Origin: Paragordius varius
Lineage: Eukaryota > Animalia > Nematomorpha
NCBI GenBank assembly: GCA_964247055.1
Contig: OZ176052.1
Span: 682,001-746,000 of the forward strand
Reading direction: 5' to 3'
DNA: 64,000 nucleotides
Shown one piece after another: positions 1 to 13,029 of the stretch. The notes beneath the pieces are model-generated. The model ran no database searches and was not told the DNA's origin. It saw only the letters and a list, made by a program, of their open reading frames with translations. Every line of letters starts with the position of its first letter. Positions within the stretch are counted from its first letter, which is position 1. Position numbers and translations under genes: made by a program.

Positions 1-54
1 AACCTTCAGAACTTCTAAAACTTTAAACAACTTTCTAAAAAATCAAAGAAAAAC

Positions 55-600
55 CTTGGAATCTAAGAGCTCTTCAAGCAAGGGCATATTTTCTTTATCA
101 ACGTTCCAAATTTAGTTTAATAAAATAATGATGATTAAATTAAATTAACTCTCTTTACAATACTTTGTTATCAAAACAACTTACAAAACTTAACAACTTT
201 TAAACAACATTCTAAACCAAAAAAATCATAGAATCTAATCAAGCTCTTCAAGCCAAGGCATATTTTCTTTATCAGCGTTGGGGATTGTTTTTATTTATTT
301 CAAAAAATTACAAAAAAGTCATGAAAGTTACATTATTACTCTAATTTTTGGTTATTTAATCGAGAATTTATTGTTTTTTGCAATAACTTCAATACAATTA
401 AAAAGATAACTCGCTTTACTAAATTTCTTTATCAAAACAACATTCTAAACTTCAAAACTCTCTAAAATTTAAACAACATTCTAAACAATTTAAACTTTAT
501 AAAATTTTCTAAAAAATCAAAATCAAACCAAAAAACAGATTAAAAAAACCTTGGAATCCAAGAGTTCTTCAAGCAAAGGCATATTTTCTTTAGCAGCGTT
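55..600 (-). repeat. Three intronic copies of the 3' end of the ZC3H15 708-905 exon plus donor region
   Basis: Copies at 55-105, 227-280 and 550-600 match 708-760 (encodes [16 protein letters not shown]); GT kept in two copies; period about 160-170 bp. Confidence 0.9.
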
Positions 601-707
601 TCAAATTTAGGTTAAATAACCAAAAATTAAAGTAATAAAGTAAACACTTTTTTATCAAAACAACTTTCAAAACTTGCCAACTTTCTAAAAAAACCAAAAA
701 AAAGTAC

Positions 708-2923
708 CTTAGAATCCAGGAGCTCTTCAAGCAAAGGCATATTTTCTTTATCAGCGCCGTTGGGGTTTTTTTGGCCCCTGCGATTAAGAAGGGTGAACCC
801 TGGGGGTAAGGCATGCCTATAAATGCATTTATCCCCGCCATCAGGACATTCCCAAAACCAACCATACTTGTTTTCTTCCACGGCTTTAAGGAAGTGTTTA
901 CAAATCTAACAAACAATTAGAAAATTTTAAAATTTTAAATTATTAATTATATTTTTAGTTTAGAGAGTAAAATTTTAAATTATTGATTGATTAATTTATA
1001 ACTTTTTTAATAACTTTTTAGTTTAATAAGATTTGAAAATTTTTAACATGATAATCTAGTATTAATACAGTAGTATGGATAGATATTTTTTTCATAAAAT
1101 TTTAAATTGATTTATTAATAACTAAAAAATGTAGAATAGAATAAATTGATTAATAATATTTTACAGTTTAGAGAATTTTAAAATCTCAAAAGGATGATCT
1201 ATTATTACATAAAAATTAATTTTTAAAACAACAAACAAAGAACTAGTTAATTAGGCATTTTTTAGATAATTATTTTTAGAGCATTTTTAAATTTTTAATT
1301 GATTGATTAATTAATAACTAAAAAAGGTAGAATAGTTAGATTATTTATAATTATTTTTAAAGCATCTATAAATTTTAAAATGATAATTCAGTATAATACA
1401 GTAGGAATTAATTTTTAAAACAACAAACAAAGAACAGTATGTTTTTTTGAATAGATATTTTTTTTATAAAATTTTAAATTATTGATTGATTAATTAATGA
1501 CTAAAAAATATAGAATAGATAGTTTAATTAATAATAATTCATTTATAAATTTTAAAAATTTTTAACATGATAATCTAATATTATTACATAAAAATTAATT
1601 TTTAAAACAACAAAGATTAGTTAGTTAGTTAGTTTATTTTTTTTTTGGAATCAGATTTAAGATTAAAAAAGTATGGCGTTGTCTTTTTATAAAAAAAATA
1701 TTTGTCTTTATATTACTACGTTTTGTCCATAGTATAATTCAATTTTTACTGTATATTCATCCATGAATAATAAATTTAAAACTTTTAAAAAAAATTTTAA
1801 TCAGATATTCTTGACGACAAATGAAAAATTAAAGCGCAAGTTTATTCTTAATTTTTTGTGAGATTTTTCTAGTTTCAAATTAATTTTTCAAAAAAGACAC
1901 ATAAATATATCATAAGTTTTTTATAATTGTTCATATATCCAGTTAATTATCCATTTCAATTTACCATTATACAAAACTAAAAATTAGACACCATTTACAA
2001 TTCAAATTCACCCTTGAACAATTCAAATTCACCCTAAAAATAAATTATGTGTTTTCGGGCAGCTAATATAACTCATTATTATTAATATCCTATATATCTT
2101 TATGGCGCAGTATAATTTTAATTTAAACAAAATTTCATTTTATGCAAAATACTTAAAAAATACAGGTATTTTTAATCTTATAATTTATTATTTTAGGGTG
2201 AATTTGAAGTGTAAATGGTATACAAATTTTTAAAAAAAAATTATATACTATATCAGTTTTATTGGATCTTTTATTTTCTTCGCTATGCTTTTTGTTGACC
2301 ACCTCTTCAAGCTTATTTTCATCCCAATTTTCCATGGTTTCATCTAATAATAAAAGAAGAATTTATTTTAAAATAAAGAATATTATAAAATTTTTATATT
2401 CGAAAATTCTATATATTGTTATTAAATTATTATTTATAAATATCTTATAAAATTCGCATAATAATAACGACTAGAAAAATCAAGAGTTACAGTAAAAATT
2501 GAAATTATACTATGGACAATACGTAGTAATATTTAAAAATAATTAAGGTTTTAAAAGAGTATGGGGTTGTCTTTTAGAGAAAAATATTTGTCTTTATGTT
2601 TTACGTTTTGTCCGTATAATTTCAATTTTTACTGTATTTCAATATTTGAACAATTTATATCTTATTGTTTAATATTTATAAAAATGTAATCTTTTAATTT
2701 AGAACTATTTAACCCCTAAAAAAATAATTTTTCCCTCTACTTTATACAATACAGAAAACACCAATAAAACAAATAAAGAGTATAGTTTAAAAAACTTTTA
2801 AAAAAGCAATTTAATATACGTAAGACATTCATACTTTTCTTTAGCTTACTTGATTTTTATATATAATAACCTAATTGTTTATTATTGCGATGAAATATAT
2901 AATATATTAAAATATATATATTC

Positions 2924-2962
<39 letters not shown>

Positions 2963-5233
2963 AACTGTTTGTTATCAATTTAGAAATCTAAAACATTATA
3001 GATAATAATGAAAAAATCAGGAATTATGATATAATTTTTAATTTTTTACTGAAAAAATAAATGAATGATTAAATAAAATTTAAATAAAAAAAACCAATTG
3101 CCTACCAATAAATTTAAATAAATATATTAAATTTCAATATATATATATATAAATTAAACTATATTTTTTTTAAAAAAAGTTTTAAACAAAAAAAAGGGGG
3201 ACAAACTTTCACGTAAATCGACATAAAGACTTCGTTTTTCAACTTTCCTTTCGACGGCTAAATCATGTGAGAATTTGCATTTATCGCCTTTGGTGCAGAG
3301 GCCTTGCTTGAAAAAGGCACAAAGAGTGAATTTGGGATCAACACCTATAAATATCAAAAATATCCCATTTACAATTCAAATTCACCCCCTTGAACAATTC
3401 AAATTCACCCTTGAACGATTCAAATTCACCCCCTTGAACAATTCAAATTCACCCTTGAACAATTCAAATTCACACCCTTGAACAATTCAAATTCACCCCC
3501 AAACAATTCAAATTCACACTTTTGAACAATACAAATTCACCCTTGAACAATACAAATTCACCCTTGAACGATTCAAATTCACCCCCTTGAACAATTCAAA
3601 TTCACCCTTGAACAATTCAAATTCACCCCCAAACAATTCAAATTCACACCCTTGAACAATACAAATTCACCCTTGAACAATACAAATTCACCCTTGAACG
3701 ATTCAAATTCACCCCCTTGAACAATTCAAATTCACCCTTGAACAATTCAAATTCACACCCTTGAACAATACAAATTCACCCTTGAACAATTCAAATTCAC
3801 CCCCAAACAATTCAAATTCACACTTTTGAACAATACAAATTCACCCTTGAACGATTCAAATTCACCCCCTTGAACAATTCAAATTCACCCCCGAATAATT
3901 CAAATTCACACCCTTGAACAATACAAATTCACCCTTGAACAATACAAAATCACCCTTGAACGATTCAAATTCACCCCCTTGAACAATTCAAATTCACCCT
4001 TGAACAATTCAAATTCACACCCTTGAACAATTCAAATTCACCCTTGAACAATTCAAATTCACTCTCGAACAATTCAGAATCACCTTTGGATAATTCAAAT
4101 TCACCCTCGAACCACTCAAATTCACCCTTGAACAATTGAAATTCACCCTTAAACAATTCAAATTAACACCCTTGAACACTTCAAATACACCCTTGAACAA
4201 TTGCCTTTGAACAATTCAAATTTCCCCTTAGACAATTCATATTCACCCCCTTGAAAAATTCAAATTAACCCCCCGAACAATTCAAATACACCTTCGAACA
4301 ATTCAAATTCACACCCTTGAACAATCAAATTCACCCCCAAACAATTCAAATTCACACTTTTGAACAATTCAAATTCCCCTTACAATTCAAATTCACCCTC
4401 GAACAATTCAAATTTACCCTCAATTCTAATTCACCCTTAAACAATTCAAATTTACCCTCGAAATTCTAATTCACCCTTGAACAATTCGAATTCAGCCTTG
4501 AACAATTCAAATTCCCCTTACAATTCAAATTCACCCTCGAACAATTCAAATTTACCCTCAATTCTAATTCACCCTTAAACAATTCAAATTTACCCTCGAA
4601 ATTCTAATTCACCCTTAAACAATTCGAATTCAGCCTTGAACAATTCAAATTCCCCCTCGAACAATTCAAATTCAGACTTTTGAACAATTCAAATTCACCC
4701 CCTTGAACAATTTACCCTTAAACAATTCAAATTCACCCTTGAACAATTTAAATTCACCCCCTTTGACAATTCAAATTCACCCTTGAACAATTCGAATTAA
4801 CCCTTGAACAAATCAAATTCACCCTCGAACAATTTAAATTCACCCTCGAACAATTTAAATTCACTCTAATAATAAATTATCTGTTTTTTCGCTAATATAA
4901 CTCATCATTAATATAAAATATATTTTTATGGCACATAGTTTATTATTTTTTCAGTATTATCATATTAATTTTAAAAAAAATTTATATTTTAAGATATAAT
5001 AAATATAGGTAATATTTAACTTTAAAAACACATAATTTATTTTAGGATGAATTTGTATTGTTCGATTCAAGGATGATTTGAATTTGAACTGTAAATAATA
5101 CAGTAAATATTGAGATTAGTTATATATGGACCAAATGCGAAAATATAAAGACAATTTTTTTCAAAAAAGAGACAACCCAACCATACTTTTTTAAACCTCA
5201 ATTATTTTCTATAAAAATTATTTAATTACAACG

Positions 5234-5268
<35 letters not shown>

Positions 5269-6533
5269 ATTGTGTTGCTACCAATATACATCTCTTCATA
5301 TATTTTACAGTTAAAGTTAGAAAAATGAGTTATTGTGTTTAAAAAAATCAAGATTAAAAAGGTATGGGGTTGTGTTTTAGAAAAAAATATTTATATATTC
5401 TTAAGTTTTGTCCGTATAATTTTACTTTTTACTGTAGTATATTATATATGAGAATTATTAATAAATATTAAAAATTCAGCAATAAATGTAAATTATTTTA
5501 ATAAATAATAATTATTTATAAAAAGGCAGCAAGGGTAAATTTGGGGCTAATTCTCTAAAAGTATAATAGTTTAGAGTTAAATGTTAACGATTACGCATTT
5601 TTTGTATAAATTAATTAACTTAAATATAAAATAGAGAAATATATATCTAAATATAGTTTTTAATGCTAAAACTGTAAATAATTTAAATTTAAATATATTT
5701 TTAAATATTATATAGCGCTTAATAATATTCATGCAAATCTCTTAATTCAATATTTAATACCCGCCCCCTATGTATTTTTAAGCTGATGGGTGGGCAAATA
5801 TTTAAATATTTTTTTGAACGCGCTAATAATTTAAAACACAATAAAGAATATATAGATAAAATTAAGACATTACCTTTGGGGTAATATCTATTCCAGATAA
5901 ATTCCAAATTATAATATCTTAGGAAATAACTGTCATTTTGAGTTAAATTTAAAATATGATTCATATGGCCCGTTGACCGGATTTTTAAAATAATGCAAGA
6001 TTTAAAACGGTTCGTCCTAAAAATTTTGTTGTTAACAAATATATTTTAGGGAATATAAATATATGAAAAAAATTAACCATTTTTTAGTGCTAGATAAAAA
6101 GTTAAGAGTTCTTATGGTAAATTTTATAAATTAAAAAGATATAAATTCCGATCATTTCATATCACTCTAAATAACATTTTATTTCAAATAAACGTAGCCA
6201 TTAAACAAAATAATTAAAACCTTGAGTAACTTTTTGCTCTTGAACCACCGGTTTAAAGATTTTGTTGAATTCGTCCAATTTATCATCTTTCGTTTCTTTA
6301 GTTGCTTTCTATATCATGATTTAAAAATATGTAACAATACTTTTGTCCGAGTATTCGGATCATTTGCTAACTGATTTGTGACATTTTTGATGAATTTTTG
6401 TTGTTTTGAGCCCTTTTTATTTTTTAGCCCAAATGTTTTATCCTAAAATAACTTAAAAAATCTTTACTTCAATAATCTTTTCCTTTTTCTTTTGAATAGT
6501 TTTGCTAGACTCTTTTTTCGCCTTCGAAGACAT
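708..6533 (-). CDS. ZC3H15: Zinc finger CCCH domain-containing protein 15 (DFRP1), 3' exons lie off-window
   Basis: Exons 6468-6533 ([16 protein letters not shown]), 6341-6442 ([18 protein letters not shown]), 6221-6308, 3207-3344 ([19 protein letters not shown]), 2249-2343, 708-905 ([35 protein letters not shown]); all GT-AG and phase-consistent, 229 codons in window. Confidence 0.95.
960..1640. repeat. Degenerate intronic tandem repeat, about 180-190 bp unit, 3-4 copies
   Basis: Recurrent blocks aaattttaaattattgattgattaatt, taactaaaaa-gtagaatag, ttaatttttaaaacaacaaacaaag. Confidence 0.7.
1991..2218. mobile_element. Foldback MITE family B (core copy)
   Basis: TIR ccatttacaattcaaattcaccc ... 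gggtgaatttgaagtgtaaatgg followed by TA. Confidence 0.85.
2490..2634. mobile_element. MITE family A (Tc1/mariner-like), internally deleted
   Basis: TA-cagtaaaaattgaaattatac ... gtataatttcaatttttactg-TA. Confidence 0.85.
3365..5098. mobile_element. Foldback MITE family B with about 1.5 kb satellite array in left arm
   Basis: Starts ccatttacaattcaaattcac, array to about 4867, then family B core and right TIR. Confidence 0.9.
3370..4867. repeat. Minisatellite, 20-22 bp unit CCTTGAACAATTCAAATTCAC
   Basis: Dozens of tandem units; variant gaacgattc recurs at 3417, 3570, 3700, 3853, 3962. Confidence 0.95.
5101..5434. mobile_element. MITE family A with central (TA)n
   Basis: TA-cagtaaatattgag ... 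gtataattttactttttactg-TA. Confidence 0.85.
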
Positions 6534-6844
6534 ACGGGAAAATCAAGAGCATCAACTAGTATTATGAATGAAAAATATTTATAAAATTTAACATGCTTTA
6601 GTAAAATTTTACACAAAATCTTTTAAATTATTATATAAAATTAAAATATATAATAATTATAAAACATAATTAAATTTTAATTTTTTAAAATTATACTTTT
6701 CATTTAATTTTTATGCGTGTAACCCAACCTGGTCGGGCATCATATTGCTTAGCGTGAAAAAAATACCTTTTTACAAATTTTATCTTTAGGTAACATTTTA
6801 TACCTCTAAAAACTAGATTCGGACACGTTTTTAAAGCCTTTCAA
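6534..6844. promoter_or_regulatory. Probable bidirectional promoter between ZC3H15 and Rab5
   Basis: Divergent ATGs only 311 bp apart; no motif assigned. Confidence 0.6.
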
Positions 6845-9800
6845 ATGTCATCGTCCAGAGGAGGCAGTAACACCAATCAAAATGTAACCACCAATAAAAT
6901 TTATCAGTATAAATTAGTTTTGTTGGGTGAATCTGCCGTTGGGAAAAGTAGCCTGGTTTTACGGTTCGTCAAAGGACAATTCCATGAATATCAGGAAAGT
7001 ACGATAGGGGCTGCTTTTCTGACTCAAACCATCTGCCTAGATGACACGACTGTTAAATTCGAGATTTGGGACACAGCTGGTCAGGAACGATATCACAGTT
7101 TAGCACCCATGTATTATCGAGGTGCTCAAGCCGCTATCATAGTTTACGACATTACGAGTTATGACAGTTTTGTCCGAGCCCAAAAATGGGTCCTTGAACT
7201 CCAACGCCAAGCCAGTCCCAAAATTGTTATCGCACTAGCTGGTATATTTATTTAAATTTGAGAAAATGTTAAAATGGTTTTAAATTTGAGAAATACAACA
7301 AAAGACTGAAAAACATTTTTTGTTTAAAAAATTTTCTTTGATCTAACTTTTCCATGCTAATTAAATGATGAATTAATTTATATATATATATTATAGTTAT
7401 CTGATTAATTTGAGAATTTTAAAATGGTTTTTATGGAAATTTTCATGTTTTTTTATAATTATTTTATTCTATTAATGTGGGTCCTTGAACTCCAACGCCA
7501 AGCCAGTCCCAAAATTTTCATCGCACTAGCTGGTATATTTGACAAATTGTTTAAATGGTTTTTAAATTTATGGCAGACAATTAATTAAAATGGCTGATAA
7601 AAAGTCGTTTTTCTATGATTCTCATATTTTCTTTGCTTTAACTTTTTCAATATCATGTTTTGAGTTAATATACCATTTACAGTTCATATTCACCCTTGAA
7701 CAATTAAAATTTACCCTAATTATAAATTATGTGTTTTCCAACTAATATAAATCATTATTAATATAAAATACATCTTTATGACAAAGTTTATTATTTTTTC
7801 AGTATTATTTTGATTTAAAACATAATTTTTTTAAAAAAAATATATAAAAATAAAGGTAATTTTTAATCTTAAAAAACATTTACTTTATTTGAGGGTAAAT
7901 TTGAATCGTTTGAGGGTGAATTTGTAATATAAATGCTATATATATAATATAGGCAAAAATTGAAATTATTCGGACAAAGACAAATATTTTTTTCTAAAAG
8001 ACACAACCATACTTTTTCAAACCTTAATTTTTCCCATATAAGCTATTTAATTACAAATTTGAAACAATCAGTTAAATTTTATAAAATTGAGTTTTAAAAG
8101 GTATGTTCTTTTAGAAAAAAATACTTGTCTTTGAATTTTTACATTTTGTCCGTATAATTCCAATTTTTACTATATATAAATATAGATATATATATCTAAC
8201 TGTGATAATTTTTAGAAGTTCAAAATGGTTTTTATGGAATTGGTGTGAAAATCTTTTTTTAAATTTTCTTTGTCCATTAAAGTTATTTTATTATAATAAA
8301 TTGGTTTCTTAAGCCTAACGTCAAGCCAGTAACATTGTCCACATACTAGCTGGTATGATTAAAATTATTGTGGTTTAAATTTAAAAAAATTATTTTTAAA
8401 AATATTTTTCACCGTAATTAATTTTTAATAGATTTAATTTGACTTCAGAATATCTAAACACAAAAAGATTACAGTTCAAATTCACCATTGAATAACCAAG
8501 GCTAATATAACTCACCATAAATAGATAATATATCTTTAAGGCTTAGTTCATTATTTTATCAATATTAGTGTAATTTTAAACAGAATTCATTTAAAAAAAA
8601 AATAGCTTTTAATCGTTAAATACACATAATTACTTTTTAGGGTGATTTTTATTGTTCAAGAGTGAAGTTGAACTTTAAATGGTATAATTAGTTTTTATTG
8701 TTAAAATAATATCTAGTTTTGCTTTTCAAAAACCCTTCAATTAATTAATTAATAGAGTAAATTTTTTCACAGTATCTACTTTATTATAACTAATTAATTA
8801 GGTATAATGTTAACACTTTTTTTGAAATTTTTTTGAAAAAATTTTATTATTATTATGTTTTAATCTTATTTATTTTTTTAAATATAATAATCTTTAAACA
8901 CCATATTTTTGCTATCATAGCTTCATATTTTTGATTTTTTCTAAAAAAACTTTTATATTTTAATTATGTATTCTTATAATTTGTTTAAATTCTATTTTTC
9001 AAAACCCTTTTTCGTTTCATATTTAAAAATAAGTTTTATCATCCTGTCCAAAAAATGCGCCCACAATTAAATTAATTTGAAGAATCGCTTTAAGTTGTTT
9101 GATTATTTATTTTAATATATTTTGGACAAAAAATTATAAATTCCATATTATAAAGGTGAATATTTTTTTATTAAAATGTATAACAGAAAATTAAATTAAA
9201 AATTATATTATATAATTAGCCTTCGAAACAATTGAATATTATGTAAAAACCATATTTTTCCATCTTATAAATAATTCACAATTATTTTTGTTGTTATTTG
9301 TTGTTTCAAATATGATGATTTTTGTCTTATGATTCCTAAATATAATATAATTTTATTTGGTTATAATTGCAAAAATAATTATAATATATACTATTTACAG
9401 TTCAAATTTACCCTAAAATAAATTAAGGTGTTTTTTTAAGATTAAAAATTACCTTTATTTTAAAATATTTTTAATATATGAAATTCTGTTTAATATAAAT
9501 GTAATGCTGAAAAAAGAATAAACTATGTTAGTAAAAATATATTTCATATTAATGATGTGAGTTCTATTATCCTGAAAACACATAATTTCATCATTTTAGG
9601 GTGATTTTGAATTGTTCAGGGGGGAATTTGAGTTGTTTAAGGGTATTAAATTGTTTGAGGTTGAATTTGAATTGTTCAAGGGTGAATTTGAATTGTTTAA
9701 GGGTGAATTTGAATTGTTTAAGGGTGAATTTGAATTGTTAGAGGGTGAATTTGAATTTCAGGGGTGAATTTGAATTGTTCAGGGATGAATTTGAATTGTT

Positions 9801-10630
9801 GTTCAAGGGTGAATTTTTATCGTTCAAGGGTGAATTTGAATTGTTCAAGGGTACTTTTGAATTGTTTGAGGGTGAATTTGAATTGTTTGAGGGTGAATTT
9901 GAATTGTTTAAGGGTAAATTTTAATTTGTTCGTGGGTAAATTTGAATTGTTCAAGAGTGAATTCGAATTGTTCAAGGGTAAATTTGAATTGTTCAAGAGT
10001 AAATTTGAATTGTTCAAGGGTGAATTTGAATTGTTCAAGAGTGAATTTGAATTGTTTAAGGGTAAATTTGAATAGTTCAAGGTTTTATTTGAATTGTTCA
10101 AAGGTGAATTTGAATAGTTCAAGGGTGAATTTGAATTGTTCATGGGGGAATTTGAATTGTTGGAGGGTACTTTAGAATTGTTCGTGGGTAAATTTCAATT
10201 GTTCAAGGGAGAATTCGAAATTTTTAAGCGAAAATTTGAAGAGTTCAAGGGTACTTTTGAATTGCAAATGGTATAATAATTTATTTTTTCTATTTTAAGT
10301 TAATTGTGAAAACAACTTATACAAATTTAATACTTTTTTATTTTATTTTCCTCCTTAGGTAACAAATTAGATTTGGCCGATAAACGTATGGTTGAAACGG
10401 AACAAGCTCAATCGTATGCTGATGAGAATGGCCTTCTGTTCATGGAAACATCGGCAAAAACTGCCATTAATGTTAATGAAATTTTTATGGCCATAGCTAA
10501 GAAATTGCCTAAAGCTGACCCAAATACCCAGGCCGGTAAGCGTGGAACAGGCGGAGTTGATTTATCAAACAGTGCCGCATCATCAAACACGAATAATAGC
10601 TCACCTCTATTCTCATGTTGTGCTAAATAG
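6845..10630 (+). CDS. RAB5: Rab5 small GTPase
   Basis: Exons 6845-7241 and 10359-10630; [18 protein letters not shown] effector loop, [20 protein letters not shown]-terminal CCAK; 222 aa. Confidence 0.97.
7673..7937. mobile_element. Foldback MITE family B
   Basis: TA-ccatttacagttcatattcaccc ... gggtgaatttg. Confidence 0.8.
7951..8171. mobile_element. MITE family A, degenerate
   Basis: aaaaattgaaattattcggacaaa ... ttttgtccgtataattccaatttttacta. Confidence 0.75.
8467..8682. mobile_element. Foldback MITE family B, degenerate
   Basis: ttacagttcaaattcacc ... gtgaagttgaactttaaatgg-TA. Confidence 0.7.
9391..10271. mobile_element. Foldback MITE family B with about 660 bp satellite array in right arm
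   Basis: ctatttacagttcaaatttaccc ... array gtgaatttgaattgttcaagg 9605-10265 ... gcaaatgg-TA. Confidence 0.9.
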
Positions 10631-13029
10631 ATGGAGCATTAAAAAAAGAATTTTGACTTAAAAACTCTCTTTTGGAAATTTTCTGGCAAAAAATTTACTT
10701 TTACGGATTAATTTTTACTTATTTTGGAAATTAACATCAGAAAAGGATTTTAAATCATCAAACAATAATAATATGAGCAGTTTGCCTCTATTCCCCTGAT
10801 GTGCTAATTTAACCGACTTAAAACATTTTTTTGAATCTTTTCTTGCAAAAAATTACATTAAACTTTTTTAAGGGTTGAATAATAATTTTACACTTTTTAA
10901 TTTTATTTAGAAAGGTTAAAACCACTTAAAAATTATAAATAAATATTATTGGATGAAATTCCTTAAAATCTTGTAAATAAAATGTATTGAGATTAAACAT
11001 AATCTTTTAAAATATATACCATTTTTGTTGGTCCAATTTTTTACTTAGAAAGTATGTGATATTATGACTAATTGTACGGTTTTATTTTGATTTTTTAATA
11101 TTTTATTTTGATTTTTTGTAAAAAAATACCCACAATATTGTATATGTTAAAAATGGTTTTTGCAGTAGTTTATAACATGCTTTTTGCTCCCTTTTGTGTT
11201 AATTATATAAATAACGAAAAGCATTTTATTCTTTGTAATTAGATTTTTTATTATTATATAATTCGAAATAATGCGCATATTATATTATAAATTTTATTAT
11301 TATTATATTTTATTATATTATTTTAATTATCTTTTATTCACACTTACTTATATATAAACACAACATCATCAAAAACTAAAAAAATAAATATTAATAAATT
11401 AATTTCGATATAATACCTTTAAAATTTTAAGTTCATTTAAAAACTATTTTAAATGGTAAAATAAAAATATTTAAATATGATATCCAGACACTACAGTAAT
11501 GATCAAAGGTTTAATAATGTATTAAATATTTCTGCGGTTAAAACTATACATTTAATTCAAACACTTGGTTTTCTACATAGGCTCCTTAACATTTATTTAA
11601 AACAGATTGGGCATTGTGGAAAAATAAATGAATTTTCTCCATAAATTAAATTATAACAAAAAAGAAACATTTACGCTTTATATTGTATAATAATAAGCTT
11701 TATAAAATTAACCAAGTAGGCTGTGTAAGTTTATAAAGCATACATGTTTTACGTCTCAGGTAACGACCGGGTTAATCACATGTTTTTGTTTAAAAAGTTA
11801 ATAATGTTTATAAAAACTATGTTTTCACACACGGATACGATCTAAAGTTGTCACATTTATTCTATAAATAAACAAATTATTGTAAATATTTGAGAAATAC
11901 TTTTGTAAAAAATCTGTTTTTCCATTTTAGACGCTTTCTTTTAATGTCTAAGGTTATTGAATAAGTCGCATTTTGCCTCATACGAGTAATATAAATTTAT
12001 CAAATGCTTATGACAAACTAGAAGGATTATAAATTTTTGAGATTGTTGCAGAAAAAGAAATTATGTATTGAACGCAAATTCCAAAATTACATAATACAAT
12101 CTTAATTGGTTTCTATTTTTTAAGTATTCGTATAGGGATCAAAATTGATAACTTTGTATGTTCTGCACATAATAATATAATAAGTTAATAAAAACATTGA
12201 ACATAGGCTTGTCGAAATGTGACCGATAACACCATAGAGTCAAAACCTATTTTACTGTCCGAAATGTAAATTTCCAGGGAATATGACGGCTTCCTAGTGT
12301 TTCTTTTATTCACCTACTCTGCTAATATATTTCAGGTAACATATAAAAACACTGGCGTTTTATCATCTATATTATTGGTAAAATAATTTACTTTTTTCTA
12401 ATATAAAAAACTAAACTGCATTTTTTAAATAAATATCAATTGTGTCTGCATTTACAATACTTTAATTATTTTAAATGTTACCCGCAGCCATAATTAACAT
12501 TAATATATGAAATTGTAATCTTCTTTATTGATATAGCCTCCTTAAAATCGCAAAAAACCGTAAATTGAATTGTTAATATACGTTTTTATTATCTTAATTA
12601 ATTGTTAATAATAGGTATTTGTTTTTCAAATAGTTTTAGACATAGTTTTGATTAACCGAAGATTTGTAGCATTTCAGGCAGGGGACTTTATTAATTTTTT
12701 ATGAATAAATTCCGTTTCGCTTTTCTATCAACTAACTCAAGATTAAAAAGTTAAGGTTTAACAATGGTCTTTTCAATTTTTTCAGTAAAATGGTAAAATA
12801 TGGCTTTAATATTATGCTGAAACATATTTGGAACAGGAAAACCTTCTGTCCTGTTGGAACCAAAATAACAAATTGTTCCATTAACTAAAAGTAGCTAAAT
12901 TATAAAACAAATTCAATTAATATTAAGAAATATGTGTATTTTATTGTATTAACTTTTCAAATAGTATTCCTTTTATAGCATTTATTAAAATCTAAATTGT
13001 TTTATATTGACAAACAAAAATCAATTAAA

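Larger units (their letters stand above)
7478..8357 (+). repeat. Two intronic copies of the Rab5 exon 1 3' end plus GT donor
   Basis: 7478-7540 matches 7187-7249 (2 mismatches in the exon-derived part); 8302-8357 is a degenerate copy ending actagctg-gtatg. Confidence 0.9.

Noticed and set aside
590-916. 108 aa ORF and other antisense or MITE-derived short ORFs in the track
   Set aside because: Alternative frames of real exons or chance ORFs in AT-rich repeats.
3971-4200. ORFs with NNSNSPL / RVNLNCS repeats (also 9764-10175, 33173-33370)
   Set aside because: Translations of the family B satellite lying inside introns.
3370-4867. CRISPR-like array
   Set aside because: Units are contiguous with no unique spacers, no cas genes, eukaryotic context; it is a minisatellite.
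9605-10265. Heat-shock element array in the satellite
   Set aside because: Spacing is GAA-N3-TTC, not the canonical GAA-N2-TTC.
11460-12900. Additional gene downstream of COX8
   Set aside because: Several short open frames but no phase-consistent, recognisable product could be assembled.
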